DNA of 64,000 nucleotides from Candidatus Omnitrophota bacterium (GCA_028716165.1 JAQUQI010000007.1:1191-65190), one strand, 5' to 3'; positions 41,101 through 51,296 are shown, counted from the first letter of the stretch. Numbers and translations: made by a program. The notes: generated from the sequence alone by a model not told the origin.

Positions 41101-42279
41101 GTAAACATTGATTTTGATATAATTGAAAAGGTAAGCGCATTAGTAAAAAAGAAATACGGCATGTCCGGGGCTGTCCAGCACGGCGCGTCCACCTTGCCTG
41201 ATGAGGCGTTTCATCATTTTGTTGATAAAAAAGCTTCTGAAATTCATCTTGCGACAGGATTTCAGAATATAATATTTGACAGCAAATATTTTCCGAAGGA
41301 ACTGCTCAACAGAATATATGAGATACTTCTGACGGATCCGGCCTTTGCCTCTGACAGGGCCAAGCTGGAATCCGGCAAACAGACAAAAGAGCAGTTTTTG
41401 TATTCAACAAGAAAAAAAGCGTTTGGAATACCGGAAATAAAGCTTGCAATGTGGACACTACCCGAAGAAACTATAGATAATATACTCAAGGAACTTGAGG
41501 AAAAATTCGGGTTTTTATTTGAACAATTGAATGTTGTTAATACTCTTAATCTGCGAAGATATGCCGTCAAAATACCTATCGGCAAATCCTCCTCCGCAGG
41601 TATCCTTGAACTCGACAAGCCTTATACCCTTACAGAGTACAACTTATTATCAGTCATAGATGAGTCTATACGCGAGAATAACGGTGTCCTGGCGAATACA
41701 CTTATTGAGTCCAAGCTCTCGGCAGAGCTTATCAGGCTTTGCCCTAAGTTTTTAGCAGATCAGGCCGGCCTTGAAAGAAACCACATTGTTGCCATTGATG
41801 ATAAGATGCTTCCCGAAGGCCATATATTCAATAAGTATCTTTTAAAAGATACGGCACAGCATCAGGCCCTGGAAGAGTCTCATGGCTGTATGATACGCTT
41901 GTTGTCCCAGCTGACAACAGATGAGTTGACAGGCAGAAACCTTATAATCATATCGGACCGCAGGAGCATAGAAGGATATGAAAAGGCCCTATATCTCAAT
42001 GTTGATAAACAAAGGATAGATGCCGGACTCCTGCTCGCCCCGTATATCGGTATAGCAAGGCTTTTGCTTTCCGCAAGAGAGGACATAGTAATTGACATAA
42101 CAAACGCCTTAAACAAGGACAACCTTTACAGTATGCTTTTTGGCAGGCCTGCCAAGGAAGATGATATAAGGAAATTCCTTATTGAAGGTATATATGAACT
42201 TCCGGCCCCTGCCATTGTCAATTATCAGCAGGCAGAGGACATGCACCGCGCCTCATTGGCCGCGTTGATAGCAGCTTAA
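38152..42279 (+). CDS. 1375-aa secreted multidomain protein: phosphomannomutase/phosphoglucomutase-like domain, class II fructose/tagatose-bisphosphate aldolase domain and a shared 233-aa C-terminal domain
   Basis: Signal peptide. PGM/PMM-like motifs TSSHVTGDG and LAFDLDGDRGAI. Class II aldolase motifs FTVPAINIRG, YFQIDHG, SIGGEVGEVG, TGTAHGG and VQHGAST. The C-terminus is identical to that of the next gene. Confidence 0.7.
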   Translation: MKTVLRRAVVFIVLLSFVFPNTIYANDLKIHTLRQMSAALSNFNSRFIDKDFFYGEFSDIKKILDRDMFRDYDYRTRGREIDPRIAFRMGIIWARMALDNMSSFHVDNKTVIFARDCRDVNPEIAEAVIAGVRYCGLNVIDISQTMRNSAAAYSWSVIQHKPLMGIFMTSSHVTGDGVSGFKVSIMGRNGKLQSLTTREIKDVSYGLLTLMIEEPDIINAYKSQDMGSLNACHGTETEAADFITLLGRIVSGEHNKELAVRARTVMRSKDPAAMTRLMNNSMAGQQPLKGMTVVIDSAHTPSGVIAEKTFADLGAAIISLHAEPMLLKGNHKADPSKPENLEDLKAEMLKSGAGLGLAFDLDGDRGAICVPDGRGGVDVLSPDNVMAAILKFLIKGCGYEQTGPIAVVRDVLSTRGVDDEAELYGVRAEQTDAGYVFLKERVRFLQTNGFTVPIYGERSGHIWLDAAGEFENPIAVAVLFAVMNSDLLFKYKPVAYKQSPRFQPEFSQPLLAVLSSHKHNDTGWNYKEAVEYLVNGTGHKPPQKIIALGRDHAIKILSEVFKKGAEFKTPIGKISVESYDTYKDDESAGGLFRYADIGFSRNGEYIGRFVFRASSNDPTFVCSFEAAHGSGEIGETVSLRYISVGGLVLDSLEQLKLASITGVPQGVRQTLEDYRSLMKIPAVSANNPIFFEFVSAGQTLNGGVDFEPIQKPGFFQSISEEMLDNMAFDLAFRTGKPERLKMLNEIFEIASVKKIFPASIHNLYMVMGKGWTGGFTVPAINIRGLTYYTARAAFKAAVKRNVGVMIFEIARSELGYTGQDVLEYAGQITLAAMREGYEGPLYFQIDHGQVNAKKDYDSEIKALKDLFREAIVDAKFGNIDVDTSTLALTEGSLKEQQMPNARAIAELIKNIRSIEPENTTISIGGEVGEVGNRNTTLDDVEAFMDILNGMLTADNISVGLSKLSIQTGTAHGGVPLPDGSLAQVNIDFDIIEKVSALVKKKYGMSGAVQHGASTLPDEAFHHFVDKKASEIHLATGFQNIIFDSKYFPKELLNRIYEILLTDPAFASDRAKLESGKQTKEQFLYSTRKKAFGIPEIKLAMWTLPEETIDNILKELEEKFGFLFEQLNVVNTLNLRRYAVKIPIGKSSSAGILELDKPYTLTEYNLLSVIDESIRENNGVLANTLIESKLSAELIRLCPKFLADQAGLERNHIVAIDDKMLPEGHIFNKYLLKDTAQHQALEESHGCMIRLLSQLTTDELTGRNLIIISDRRSIEGYEKALYLNVDKQRIDAGLLLAPYIGIARLLLSAREDIVIDITNALNKDNLYSMLFGRPAKEDDIRKFLIEGIYELPAPAIVNYQQAEDMHRASLAALIAA

Positions 42280-42431
42280 AATGTATTACGGAGACTAGTA
42301 TCAGATTCCTCGCTTCGCTCGGAATGACAGGCGTACTTTGCCTGTCATCCAGAGCGGCAGAAGGCGAAGCCAGAGTAGGCCGCGAAGGATCTGGGAGTGA
42401 CCCATGTGTCATCCAGAGCGGCGGAAGGCGA
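41580..42431 (+). repeat. copy 1 of an 852-bp, 100 %-identical direct repeat (coding C-terminus plus start of a repeat cluster)
   Basis: Identical to 44119–44970 by direct comparison. Confidence 0.9.
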
Positions 42432-42636
42432 GGCATGCATCGTTAGCGAAGGATCTGGGAGTGAAATGAGTATTAGATTCCTCGCTTCGCTTGGAATGAC
42501 AAAAGCTTCGCTCGGAATGACAGCGAGGGGCGCTTGAAATGACAGAAGCAGTGCCCCCAATGACAGGCGCACTTTGCCTGTCATCCAGAGCGGCACAAGT
42601 CGGGGCCAGAGTAAGCCGCGAAGGATCTGGGAGTGA
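42295..42636. repeat. mosaic repeat cluster E
   Basis: attagattcctcgcttcgctcggaatgaca…tgtcatccagagcgg… units. It overlaps the spurious N-terminal extension of the 42539 ORF. Confidence 0.85.
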
Positions 42637-42661
42637 AAGCAGTAAAACCCGGAGGGTTATT

Positions 42662-44818
42662 ATGAAAAAGATTATTATTAAAGCAATAAACATTGCTATG
42701 GCTATTGTTTTTTCTGCCTCGTCAATTGTTTCCGCGCAGGTTCTTGATAATAGCAATACGCAGTATTTACGCGCCCCTGCCGCGGCAGGTAATGTTACAG
42801 CGGATTTAACGCACGCGCTTTCCGCGCCGCCGGTAGAGACTTTTCCCTGGTGGCATATCACCGAGCGTAAAGTAGCAAAGTATATAGCCGAATTAAGCGG
42901 TACACGGGATGAACGTTATCGCGCGGCAATAGAGCTTGGCAGGCTTGGTAAGCATGCCGAACCTTCCATTCCGTATCTTATAAAGGTGATGCTTTCTGAT
43001 GAAGAAAAAGGCCTGCGGACTGCAAGCGCGGCTTCACTTGGGGCTATTGGTATTCCTTCGCAAGAGGTTGTGTCCGCATTAAACAAGGCCTTGGAGGACA
43101 GCGAATACGATGTGCGTGTCAAGGCCATGCGTTCTTTGGCGGCATTAGATAAGCTTACCGTTGAGATGAAAGTCAAAAGATATATAATGGACATGGGTGA
43201 TGCCGATCCTAATGTTCGCGCTAATGCAAGCAAAGAATTGTATAATATCGGCTACCCCGCCATTCCTATTATAGAGGCCAGGAAAAATTCGAATGAGGTT
43301 TTAGCTAAAGCCGTGGATTCATTATATTGGCGCATTCTCCGCGGCAAATTATTTGATGTAGAAAATTTGATGAGACAGTTAGAGGGTGAAAATAAGGCCG
43401 CGCAGGAAAGGGCATCTGATATATTCTTCCGGCTCGGTAATGAAGCGGTACCTATATTAATAGAGGCATTAGGTTCTAATAAGCATAAACTGCGTTTGCG
43501 GGTATCCGAGATACTTTTCCGGATAGGGCTTATCGCTGCCGATGACCTTGCAAACGCTTTAAAAGAAGACGATCTATACATAAGGACATATTCCGCTGAT
43601 GTCTTAACCAGGCTTGGCATTAAGTCCGCGCCGTTTGTTATTAGAGAGCTTGGCAATCGCACAAGTAATGCGCGTTTTTATGTAAAATCAATTCTTTTAA
43701 GATTAGGCCCCGAAGTTATTCCGATGCTTTCGGATGTACTGAATATAGGTGATAATTCAGCGTGTGAAGACGCTATTGATATTCTAGAAGAGTTTTCCAA
43801 ACAGCTTCCGGAAAGAAATATTGTTTTAATAAGGGCGTTAGGGCACAATAACTGGTTTGTAAGAGAGCAGGCATTGAAAGCGATTAAACGGATTGGGTTA
43901 TTGACAAAAGATATGGAGCTATTCAAATACAGCAAAGACTTAAAGGATGAAGCCTGCCCGGGATTTATTAAGCAGGATGCCTTGAGAGGGTTAAGCGTTT
44001 TGCCGGGTCCTGGATCACACAAGATTGTAACGGCGTTTAAAACTTTTGATCCAGATCTGGGTCATATGCGTGAAAACGCATTAGATGACCTTGCTCCCGG
44101 AGTTGATGAAGATAAAGGCGGCAAATCCTCCTCCGCAGGTATCCTTGAACTCGACAAGCCTTATACCCTTACAGAGTACAACTTATTATCAGTCATAGAT
44201 GAGTCTATACGCGAGAATAACGGTGTCCTGGCGAATACACTTATTGAGTCCAAGCTCTCGGCAGAGCTTATCAGGCTTTGCCCTAAGTTTTTAGCAGATC
44301 AGGCCGGCCTTGAAAGAAACCACATTGTTGCCATTGATGATAAGATGCTTCCCGAAGGCCATATATTCAATAAGTATCTTTTAAAAGATACGGCACAGCA
44401 TCAGGCCCTGGAAGAGTCTCATGGCTGTATGATACGCTTGTTGTCCCAGCTGACAACAGATGAGTTGACAGGCAGAAACCTTATAATCATATCGGACCGC
44501 AGGAGCATAGAAGGATATGAAAAGGCCCTATATCTCAATGTTGATAAACAAAGGATAGATGCCGGACTCCTGCTCGCCCCGTATATCGGTATAGCAAGGC
44601 TTTTGCTTTCCGCAAGAGAGGACATAGTAATTGACATAACAAACGCCTTAAACAAGGACAACCTTTACAGTATGCTTTTTGGCAGGCCTGCCAAGGAAGA
44701 TGATATAAGGAAATTCCTTATTGAAGGTATATATGAACTTCCGGCCCCTGCCATTGTCAATTATCAGCAGGCAGAGGACATGCACCGCGCCTCATTGGCC
44801 GCGTTGATAGCAGCTTAA
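42662..44818 (+). CDS. secreted HEAT/PBS-lyase-repeat protein carrying the same 233-aa C-terminal domain
   Basis: Start placed at MKKIIIKAINIAMAIVFSASS (signal peptide; GGAGGG Shine-Dalgarno). HEAT-like repeats (AAIELGRLGK…, VRVKAMRSLAAL…). The C-terminus from GKSSSAGILELD… is identical to that of 38152–42279. Confidence 0.7.
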   Translation: MKKIIIKAINIAMAIVFSASSIVSAQVLDNSNTQYLRAPAAAGNVTADLTHALSAPPVETFPWWHITERKVAKYIAELSGTRDERYRAAIELGRLGKHAEPSIPYLIKVMLSDEEKGLRTASAASLGAIGIPSQEVVSALNKALEDSEYDVRVKAMRSLAALDKLTVEMKVKRYIMDMGDADPNVRANASKELYNIGYPAIPIIEARKNSNEVLAKAVDSLYWRILRGKLFDVENLMRQLEGENKAAQERASDIFFRLGNEAVPILIEALGSNKHKLRLRVSEILFRIGLIAADDLANALKEDDLYIRTYSADVLTRLGIKSAPFVIRELGNRTSNARFYVKSILLRLGPEVIPMLSDVLNIGDNSACEDAIDILEEFSKQLPERNIVLIRALGHNNWFVREQALKAIKRIGLLTKDMELFKYSKDLKDEACPGFIKQDALRGLSVLPGPGSHKIVTAFKTFDPDLGHMRENALDDLAPGVDEDKGGKSSSAGILELDKPYTLTEYNLLSVIDESIRENNGVLANTLIESKLSAELIRLCPKFLADQAGLERNHIVAIDDKMLPEGHIFNKYLLKDTAQHQALEESHGCMIRLLSQLTTDELTGRNLIIISDRRSIEGYEKALYLNVDKQRIDAGLLLAPYIGIARLLLSAREDIVIDITNALNKDNLYSMLFGRPAKEDDIRKFLIEGIYELPAPAIVNYQQAEDMHRASLAALIAA

Positions 44819-44970
44819 AATGTATTACGGAGACTAGTATCAGATTCCTCGCTTCGCTCGGAATGACAGGCGTACTTTGCCTGTCATCCAGAGCGGCAGA
44901 AGGCGAAGCCAGAGTAGGCCGCGAAGGATCTGGGAGTGACCCATGTGTCATCCAGAGCGGCGGAAGGCGA
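44119..44970 (+). repeat. copy 2 of the 852-bp perfect direct repeat
   Basis: Identical to 41580–42431. Confidence 0.9.
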
Positions 44971-45232
44971 AGTACGCTTCGTTAGCGAAGGATCTGGAAG
45001 TGACCCATGTGTCATCCAGAGCGGCATAATCGGGGTAGAAGTCGTTAGCGAAGGATCTGGAAGTGACCCATGTGTCATCCAGAGCGGAACCGGCGAAGCA
45101 AGCTTCGTTAGCGAAGGATCTGGGAGTGAAATCAGTATTAGATTCTTCGTCGCGCCTTCGGCGCTCCTCTGAATGACAAGGAGGACGCTCGGAATGACAA
45201 TGAGAGGCTCGCAATGACAAGGGTGAGGCTCG
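44834..45232. repeat. mosaic repeat cluster F
   Basis: Three regularly spaced copies of a gttagcgaaggatctggaagtgacccatgtgtcatccagagcgg unit with about 20-nt variable cores. The right end matches cluster B. Confidence 0.85.
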
Positions 45233-45286
45233 GTCACCAAAACGTAAAAATCAAAATGTCTGTAATTATAATTTGTAGCCACTAAT

Positions 45287-45616
45287 ATGCGTCTGTTAAT
45301 AATATTTTTAATGTTGTCTTTGGTATTGTCTCCAGCGATAAACGTGGTTGCGCGACAGTTAAGTCTGCACGAAGTGTCTTTAGCAGACTGGATATCCTTT
45401 TCCGATATGGAAAAAGAGGTTTTTATTGCCGAAGCATGCAAGCATATGGTTGAGATTGAGAAAGAAAAATTTGTCATGATACCTGATGTAAAAATGATAG
45501 CCAGGGTCCTTGATTCGGGCATTAAAGGTGTAGACATTGATAAATCGGATATTTCAGTGTTCAGGCTTTTATATAGATGCCTCAAAGATACCGGATATTT
45601 TGCCCCCCGTTTATAG
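45287..45616 (+). CDS. small secreted protein (paralog of 32567–32899)
   Basis: Signal peptide. Conserved …ADWISFSDMEKEVFIAE.CKHMVEIE.EKFVMIPDVKMI… segment shared with its paralog. Confidence 0.6.
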   Translation: MRLLIIFLMLSLVLSPAINVVARQLSLHEVSLADWISFSDMEKEVFIAEACKHMVEIEKEKFVMIPDVKMIARVLDSGIKGVDIDKSDISVFRLLYRCLKDTGYFAPRL

Positions 45617-45667
45617 CCTATCCATATATTTCTATTAATTCTCTATATCACCCAATTATGCATTTGA

Positions 45668-45890
45668 ATGACAGGTGTTGTTCATGTGTCATCCAGAGCG
45701 GCATAAGCAAAGCAGGAGTCGTTAGCGAAGGATCTGGGAGGGATCCGTCTGTCATCCAGAGCGGCGGAAGGCGAGGCCAGAGTCGGCCGCGAAGGATCTG
45801 GGAGTGAAATGAGTATCAGATTCCTCGCTTCGCTCGGAATGACAAGGGCTTCGCTAAGGATGACAAGTTATCCGGAATGACAAAAGTGAC
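45668..45890. repeat. mosaic repeat cluster G
   Basis: tgtcatccagagcgg / gcgaaggatctggga units, then attcctcgcttcgctcggaatgaca. Confidence 0.8.
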
Positions 45891-46127
45891 ACCGTGCCTT
45901 GCAAAATGGGGACAGCGGCTTTCATAAAAATCAAAACGTTTGCGGTTGTTTTTATAAAAAATATAAATAATGTGTTGACACCCTGTCTTTGTATGCGGTA
46001 AAATGTTTTCAAATGAAAAAAATCATATAGCATGTCATCTAACATTCAAATTCTTAATTCGTTTTTATCTTTTTGGGTGAAGTGCCGCCAATCTTACATT
46101 ATAAATTATCAAAAAAGAGGAGGAGGT

Positions 46128-49100
46128 ATGAAAAAGCTGTGCGCTGTTTTATTGGTGTTTTCCATGATTGGCCTTATGCCTGTCAACAGTTTCGCGGCAA
46201 GCGCGACATGGGATGGCAGTGATAGCGGGCTTTGGGTCACAGGAGGAAACTGGGTAGGTGATTCGGCTCCCGGTATTGCCGACGGAACGATCGTCAGCAC
46301 CGACGTAGCGACATTTACAGGTGTGCTCAATAATGCTGTTACGGTTGATGATACCAGAAACGTTTCCGGTATCACCTTTGATGCCGCGGCAGGCGCTTTT
46401 ACGTTAAGCGGCAGTACTCTTTACCTTACAGCGAGCGGCACCGTGCAAAATCATGCCGACATTGCAACCACCCAGACAATTAATTCCAATATACTGTTAG
46501 GTGGTGATTACACCTTTACCAACATTGCCACAGACAATAGCAAGCTTATGAATTTTGGCGGAACAATAACAGGCTTTGCGGATACCGCGCAAACTCTTAC
46601 TCTTAGCGGCGGCAACACGGGATCAAATACATTAAGCGGTGTAATAAGTAACGGCAGCGGAACGGGTGTTTTAGGTATAACCAAGTCAGGCGCCGGCACA
46701 TGGATACTTTCAGGAAATAATACCTATACAGGAACAACTACTATCAGCGCCGGGACACTTACCGCGACAAACAGCGCAAATGCTCTCGGCGCCGGCGCGG
46801 TAGCAATCTCAGGCGGCACACTTAATCTTGCCAATGACACCGGGCTGGCTTTTGGCCGTAACGTGACTGTAAGCGGTGACGCGACTATTAATTCCGATAC
46901 ACTTACCGGTGTAGCCGGTGTCACACATACTTTGGGTACATTAAGCATAGGTGCTAATACTTTAACTGTCGGTCTTGCTACTACAGCCGCCAGCGGTGAG
47001 CAAGCACTTACCTTTGGCGATGTTACATTGACCGGTGCCGCTACTATTAACGCGAATACCGGTGTTGGCGGAGCAACCGGATTGCTGACTCTTGGCGCGG
47101 TAGGCGGTGACGGGCAAAATCTTACTATAGGTGGTTCGGCAGGTACCAATATAACCGGTATTATCGGAACAGGCGCAGGGACGCTTACCAAAAATGGCAC
47201 AGGCACACTTACCTTATCAGGCGTTAATACTTACAGCGGCGGCACAACAATCAGCGCCGGTGTTGTAAGCGCTACAACGTCAGCGGAAGCTTTGGGTACA
47301 GGCGCTATTACCGTTGCGGACGGCGCGGCACTTCAGGTGACAGGCGCTCTTGATTTTGATGAAGCGCTTACAATAAGCGGCACCGGTATAAGTTCAGGAG
47401 GTGCTCTTAGAAATATCAGCGGTAATACAAACTGGTCAGGCGTTGTAACTTTAGGCGCGAATGCCAGGATCAATTCGGATGCGGACACCCTGACATTAAG
47501 CGGCGCTACTATTGACGAGGCCTTTGACATAACCGTAGGCGGAGCGGGCAATACCGCTATAACAGGCATCATTGCCACAGGCGCTAATACAATTACAAAG
47601 GACGGCACAGGCACACTTACCTTATCAGGCGTTAATACTTACAGCGGCGGCACAACAATCAGCGCCGGGACACTGCAGGTAGGCAATAATTCAGCCTTAG
47701 GTGCCGGAGCTGTGAACAATAACGCGACATTAAATATAGGAACATATACAGTTGATATAGGAGCCGGTGTTTATACTCAAGGCGCCGGCAGCAGCCTGCA
47801 ATTGACTGCCAATTCTTCAACTGAATACGGCAGTATTGTGTCAACAGGCGACGCCGCGGATGCAGCCGCGGCAAGCACGGTTGATGTCACGGTAGGCGGT
47901 TACATACCCCATAGCACCGTGCTGACGGTCCTTAATACCGGCGCCGGCAGTACCATTGACGATACCTTGATTACGACTACATCAACCAGTTCAAAAATAA
48001 GTTTTACACCTTCAATGTCAAGCGGAAAACTTATCCTGACAGCAAACCGCTCGGCAACAGGTTTTTCCAGTAATGGCACGGATTCCAATGCTAAGGCCTT
48101 GGGTTATGTCCTTGACAATGTCACCAATCCCACGTCGGATATGACCACCGTGTTAAATACCCTTGAGGGACTTTCGGCAGCAAACGTTGATACCGCGCTC
48201 CAGACCCTTGAGCCATCAGTTGATGCCGGTGTTATAGGCGCCAGCAATCTTGCCGCCGGACAGTTTATACAGACTATCATAAGCCGTTTCGGAGTAGATA
48301 GAGGACCTTCGGGCGTTGCCACAGGAGACCCCAATATAAAGACAAAAGATATATGGGCAAAAGGTTTCGGAACATATGCCAAACAGGACAAGAGAAAGGG
48401 CATTGAAGGTTACAGGGCTGATGTCATAGGTGCTGCCGTCGGCGTGGATTTTGTCGCCACGGAAAAGGCCACTCTCGGTATCAGTGCGGGCTACGCGTAT
48501 AGCAAGATAAAACCCAAAAAGACAAGCCTCGGCAGAACGGAATCAGATAGTATGCAGGGTTCTTTATACTACAGCTATAATAATGAATTAAATTATATAG
48601 GTAAAGACGCCTTGTATTTTGATCTTATCGGTTCATTCGCTTGGAATATGTATGAAGGAAAGCGTAATGTGTCCGCAGGCAGTATAAGCAGGCAGGCAAA
48701 GTCCGATTATGACGGCCAGCAGTATACTGCATATGCTGAATCAGGCTACTATATCCCATCGGGCAACATAGATTTTGTCCCGCTCGCCTCTTTGCAGTAT
48801 AGCCGTCTTGAGATTGAAAAATACACCGAAAGCGGGGCTGATTCGCTGAACCTTACGGTTAATAAACAGCATTACGACCTTCTGGAATTAGGGCTCGGCG
48901 TAAAGGTCTCTTCAATAATGAAAAACGAAGGTTACGATGTCATCCCTTCGGTAAGGGGCAAATGGCTCTATGACTTCATAGGCGACAAAATGGAGACAAC
49001 CTCAAGATTTACCGGAGGAGGCGCTTCATTTAGCACAACAGGCGCCGAACCTGCAAAGAGTTCTTTTGACATAGGAGCCAGCCTTACGTTTTTGGGTAAA

Positions 49101-49193
49101 AACAATGTAAAGGTTGACTTTGATTATGACTTTAATTTTAGGGATGATTTTAATTCCCACAACGGTGCTATAACGGTTAAATATAGTTTTTAA
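46128..49193 (+). CDS. autotransporter outer-membrane protein with PATR-type passenger repeats
   Basis: Start at MKKLCAVLL after AAGAGGAGGAGG. Signal peptide. Repeated [20 protein letters not shown] motifs. The C-terminal beta-barrel ends …ITVKYSF. Confidence 0.8.
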   Translation: MKKLCAVLLVFSMIGLMPVNSFAASATWDGSDSGLWVTGGNWVGDSAPGIADGTIVSTDVATFTGVLNNAVTVDDTRNVSGITFDAAAGAFTLSGSTLYLTASGTVQNHADIATTQTINSNILLGGDYTFTNIATDNSKLMNFGGTITGFADTAQTLTLSGGNTGSNTLSGVISNGSGTGVLGITKSGAGTWILSGNNTYTGTTTISAGTLTATNSANALGAGAVAISGGTLNLANDTGLAFGRNVTVSGDATINSDTLTGVAGVTHTLGTLSIGANTLTVGLATTAASGEQALTFGDVTLTGAATINANTGVGGATGLLTLGAVGGDGQNLTIGGSAGTNITGIIGTGAGTLTKNGTGTLTLSGVNTYSGGTTISAGVVSATTSAEALGTGAITVADGAALQVTGALDFDEALTISGTGISSGGALRNISGNTNWSGVVTLGANARINSDADTLTLSGATIDEAFDITVGGAGNTAITGIIATGANTITKDGTGTLTLSGVNTYSGGTTISAGTLQVGNNSALGAGAVNNNATLNIGTYTVDIGAGVYTQGAGSSLQLTANSSTEYGSIVSTGDAADAAAASTVDVTVGGYIPHSTVLTVLNTGAGSTIDDTLITTTSTSSKISFTPSMSSGKLILTANRSATGFSSNGTDSNAKALGYVLDNVTNPTSDMTTVLNTLEGLSAANVDTALQTLEPSVDAGVIGASNLAAGQFIQTIISRFGVDRGPSGVATGDPNIKTKDIWAKGFGTYAKQDKRKGIEGYRADVIGAAVGVDFVATEKATLGISAGYAYSKIKPKKTSLGRTESDSMQGSLYYSYNNELNYIGKDALYFDLIGSFAWNMYEGKRNVSAGSISRQAKSDYDGQQYTAYAESGYYIPSGNIDFVPLASLQYSRLEIEKYTESGADSLNLTVNKQHYDLLELGLGVKVSSIMKNEGYDVIPSVRGKWLYDFIGDKMETTSRFTGGGASFSTTGAEPAKSSFDIGASLTFLGKNNVKVDFDYDFNFRDDFNSHNGAITVKYSF

Positions 49194-49279
49194 ATAATGA
49201 GGTTTTAAAAAAGGGGCGCGGATGATAAAAGGCAGATCATCCGCGTCTTTTATTTTACAGACGTTTTAAGGCACGGTGT

Positions 49280-49560
49280 TGTAGGCGTCCTATGAGGTAA
49301 CACCCTGTAAATGACAGAGGAGGCGAGTATTGGATTCCTCGCTTCGCTCGGAATGACAGGCGTACTTTGCCTGTCATCCAGAGCGGCGGAAGGCGAGGCA
49401 GGAGTAAGCCGCGAAGGATCTGGAAGTGAAAGAAGTATTGGATTCTTCGTCGCGCCTTCGGCGCTCCTCTGAATGACAAGGAAAACGAGTACCAGATTCC
49501 TCGCTTCGCTCGGAATGACAATAAGAGGCTCGGAATGACAAGGGCTTCGCTAATGACGAC
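49280..49560. repeat. mosaic repeat cluster H
   Basis: Mosaic units ending 4 nt before the ATG of the nucleotidyltransferase gene. Confidence 0.85.
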
Positions 49561-49563
49561 AAA

Positions 49564-50763
49564 ATGAATATAAAAAATATAAACATTAGAAACAACCGCG
49601 AATTCACATTAATCAGTCATGCCCTGCGCTATATTGTCAATGGACAGTTATCTTCAGAATTTGAGAGCTTATTGAGTGATAAAAATATTGATTGGCATTT
49701 ATTAAATAATTTATTATTCTATCATGAGATTGCCCCGTTTTTTTATGTAGCGGCAAAACATTATAAATGCCTGTTACCCTCTGACATGGAAAAAGTCCTG
49801 TCCTGGATTTATTGCCGGACAGCCCTGCAAAACCAGCTTATCCTTGAAACATATTCGGACATATATGACGCGTTTAGATCAAACGGGGTTGGATTACTGC
49901 CGATCAAGGGGGCGGCCCTCTTGCAAGACCTTTATGAAAAATTTCCCGTAAGGCCTATGTCCGACATAGATTGTCTTGTCCGCGAAACTGATTATGAAAA
50001 ATCAAAAGATATTTTAAAGAGCGCGAATTATGACATTGATCTTAGGGGGTTAAGCGAGTCTTATTGGATAATGAAACAGTGCCATGTCCCTTTCAGCGCC
50101 CGGCAGAAAAAAGCAATGGTCAATCCCGCCGTTGAACTGCATCTAAGGCTTGATTTTAAGCGATATGGCAGGGAACCTTTGCCCTATGTCTGGCAGAGGG
50201 CAAGAGACATTAATATAAACGGAAAGAATTTTCTCCGGCTTTCACCCGAAGACAGCCTGTTTAGCCTGGCACTGCACCAGAGGAGATTCGGCAAGCCGCT
50301 TTGCCTTAAATACGCTCTTGATACCGCGCTTCTTTTTAAAAAATATGAGAATGATTTTGACTGGGATTACGTTATCAATATGTGCGTGAAGGAACGTATG
50401 CGCAACTGCGTGTATTTTTTGCTGTTTCAGGCGGAAGTCCTTCTGCCGGGACATTCCGGTATCGCGAAAGGCCTGCGGCTGTTAAGGCCCGATTTTCTAA
50501 AGCGCAAGATGATGGAAAGATTTATCTTGGATAATACAGCTTCAGGGTATTTATTTGAAAGGATAAGACCCAATTATCTCCGCAGCCATTTTTTGCTGTA
50601 TGACAGTCTTGTAGAGCCCGTTATGTATATCATTAATATACCGAAAGAACAGTTCGCCAAATATTATTGCCTGCCGTTTGACGATAAAAAAACGGAAATA
50701 GCTTATAGGTTTAGGACGGCATATATCATAGGACGGTTTTTAAAGAAAAAACGCAAGAATTGA
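49564..50763 (+). CDS. uncharacterised nucleotidyltransferase (NTP_transf_5-like), convergent with the RiPP operon
   Basis: The …LLPIKGAALLQDLYEKFPVRPMSDIDCLVRETDYEKSKDIL pattern recalls lasso-peptide-associated nucleotidyltransferases. Assignment from memory; no database was run. Confidence 0.5.
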   Translation: MNIKNINIRNNREFTLISHALRYIVNGQLSSEFESLLSDKNIDWHLLNNLLFYHEIAPFFYVAAKHYKCLLPSDMEKVLSWIYCRTALQNQLILETYSDIYDAFRSNGVGLLPIKGAALLQDLYEKFPVRPMSDIDCLVRETDYEKSKDILKSANYDIDLRGLSESYWIMKQCHVPFSARQKKAMVNPAVELHLRLDFKRYGREPLPYVWQRARDININGKNFLRLSPEDSLFSLALHQRRFGKPLCLKYALDTALLFKKYENDFDWDYVINMCVKERMRNCVYFLLFQAEVLLPGHSGIAKGLRLLRPDFLKRKMMERFILDNTASGYLFERIRPNYLRSHFLLYDSLVEPVMYIINIPKEQFAKYYCLPFDDKKTEIAYRFRTAYIIGRFLKKKRKN

Positions 50764-50804
50764 TGTCGCGCGGGGAATGAAAATCCTTTGCCAAAGCGCG
50801 CAGA

Positions 50805-51095
50805 TTACGCATATTTAATGATATTATGTTTAAGCAGATTGTCGGTAAATTCTAATACGTCTTTTTCTATGTTTTCCGGTGAAGCATCAAATTCAGCTCC
50901 GATAAGGCCGATAATGTCCGACAGGTTTTTTTGACCGTCTATCCGGTCCCATATGTATAATCCCATGGGATTTAATCTGTATACCTTGTTTGAAGGTATG
51001 TGCACTATTATCAATTCTCCGTCAATTGCCCGCCATGCCAGCTGTCGTTTATTTATTATAGGTTTATGGTTGTGTTCAGGTTGATTTTTTAGCAT
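50805..51095 (-). CDS. PqqD-family RiPP recognition/chaperone protein
   Basis: Translation …YRLNPMGLYIWDRIDGQKNLSDIIGLIGAEFDASPENIEKDVLEFTDNLLKHNII matches the PqqD pattern. Confidence 0.75.
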   Translation of the reverse strand: MLKNQPEHNHKPIINKRQLAWRAIDGELIIVHIPSNKVYRLNPMGLYIWDRIDGQKNLSDIIGLIGAEFDASPENIEKDVLEFTDNLLKHNIIKYA

Positions 51096-51125
51096 ATGTT
51101 TCCTTTCTTCAATGAGGAATATTAT

Positions 51126-51296
51126 TTATCTACAAACAACACTTCCCGTGCATACCACGGGCGAGACGGTACATCTTGCGGCATGCGCTATAGTGCCCTC
51201 TTCGGGATGTTCTATTGCCTCAATCTCCGGTATTTGATAGTTCTTTTTAGTGTTTTTTTTGGCAAAATGTTTAAAATCTTTCGCATCATTTTTCAT
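51126..51296 (-). CDS. RiPP precursor peptide 1 (56 aa)
   Basis: Manual minus-strand translation: MKNDAKDFKHFAKKNTKKNYQIPEIEAIEHPEEGTIAHAARCTVSPVVCTGSVVCR. The Shine-Dalgarno GGAGGAG lies 6 nt upstream. Below the ORF-track size cut-off. Confidence 0.7.
   Translation of the reverse strand: MKNDAKDFKHFAKKNTKKNYQIPEIEAIEHPEEGTIAHAARCTVSPVVCTGSVVCR

Noticed and set aside
44834-45232. Regularly spaced about 62-bp units (repeat plus about 20-nt variable core) that look superficially like a CRISPR array; the same applies to the other repeat clusters
   Set aside because: The variable cores are only about 20 nt and are themselves related to one another, often as palindromes. Unit order and spacing are irregular between clusters. 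The same modules recur at 11 loci. No cas genes are present in the window. These were interpreted as REP/BIME-like mosaic repeats.
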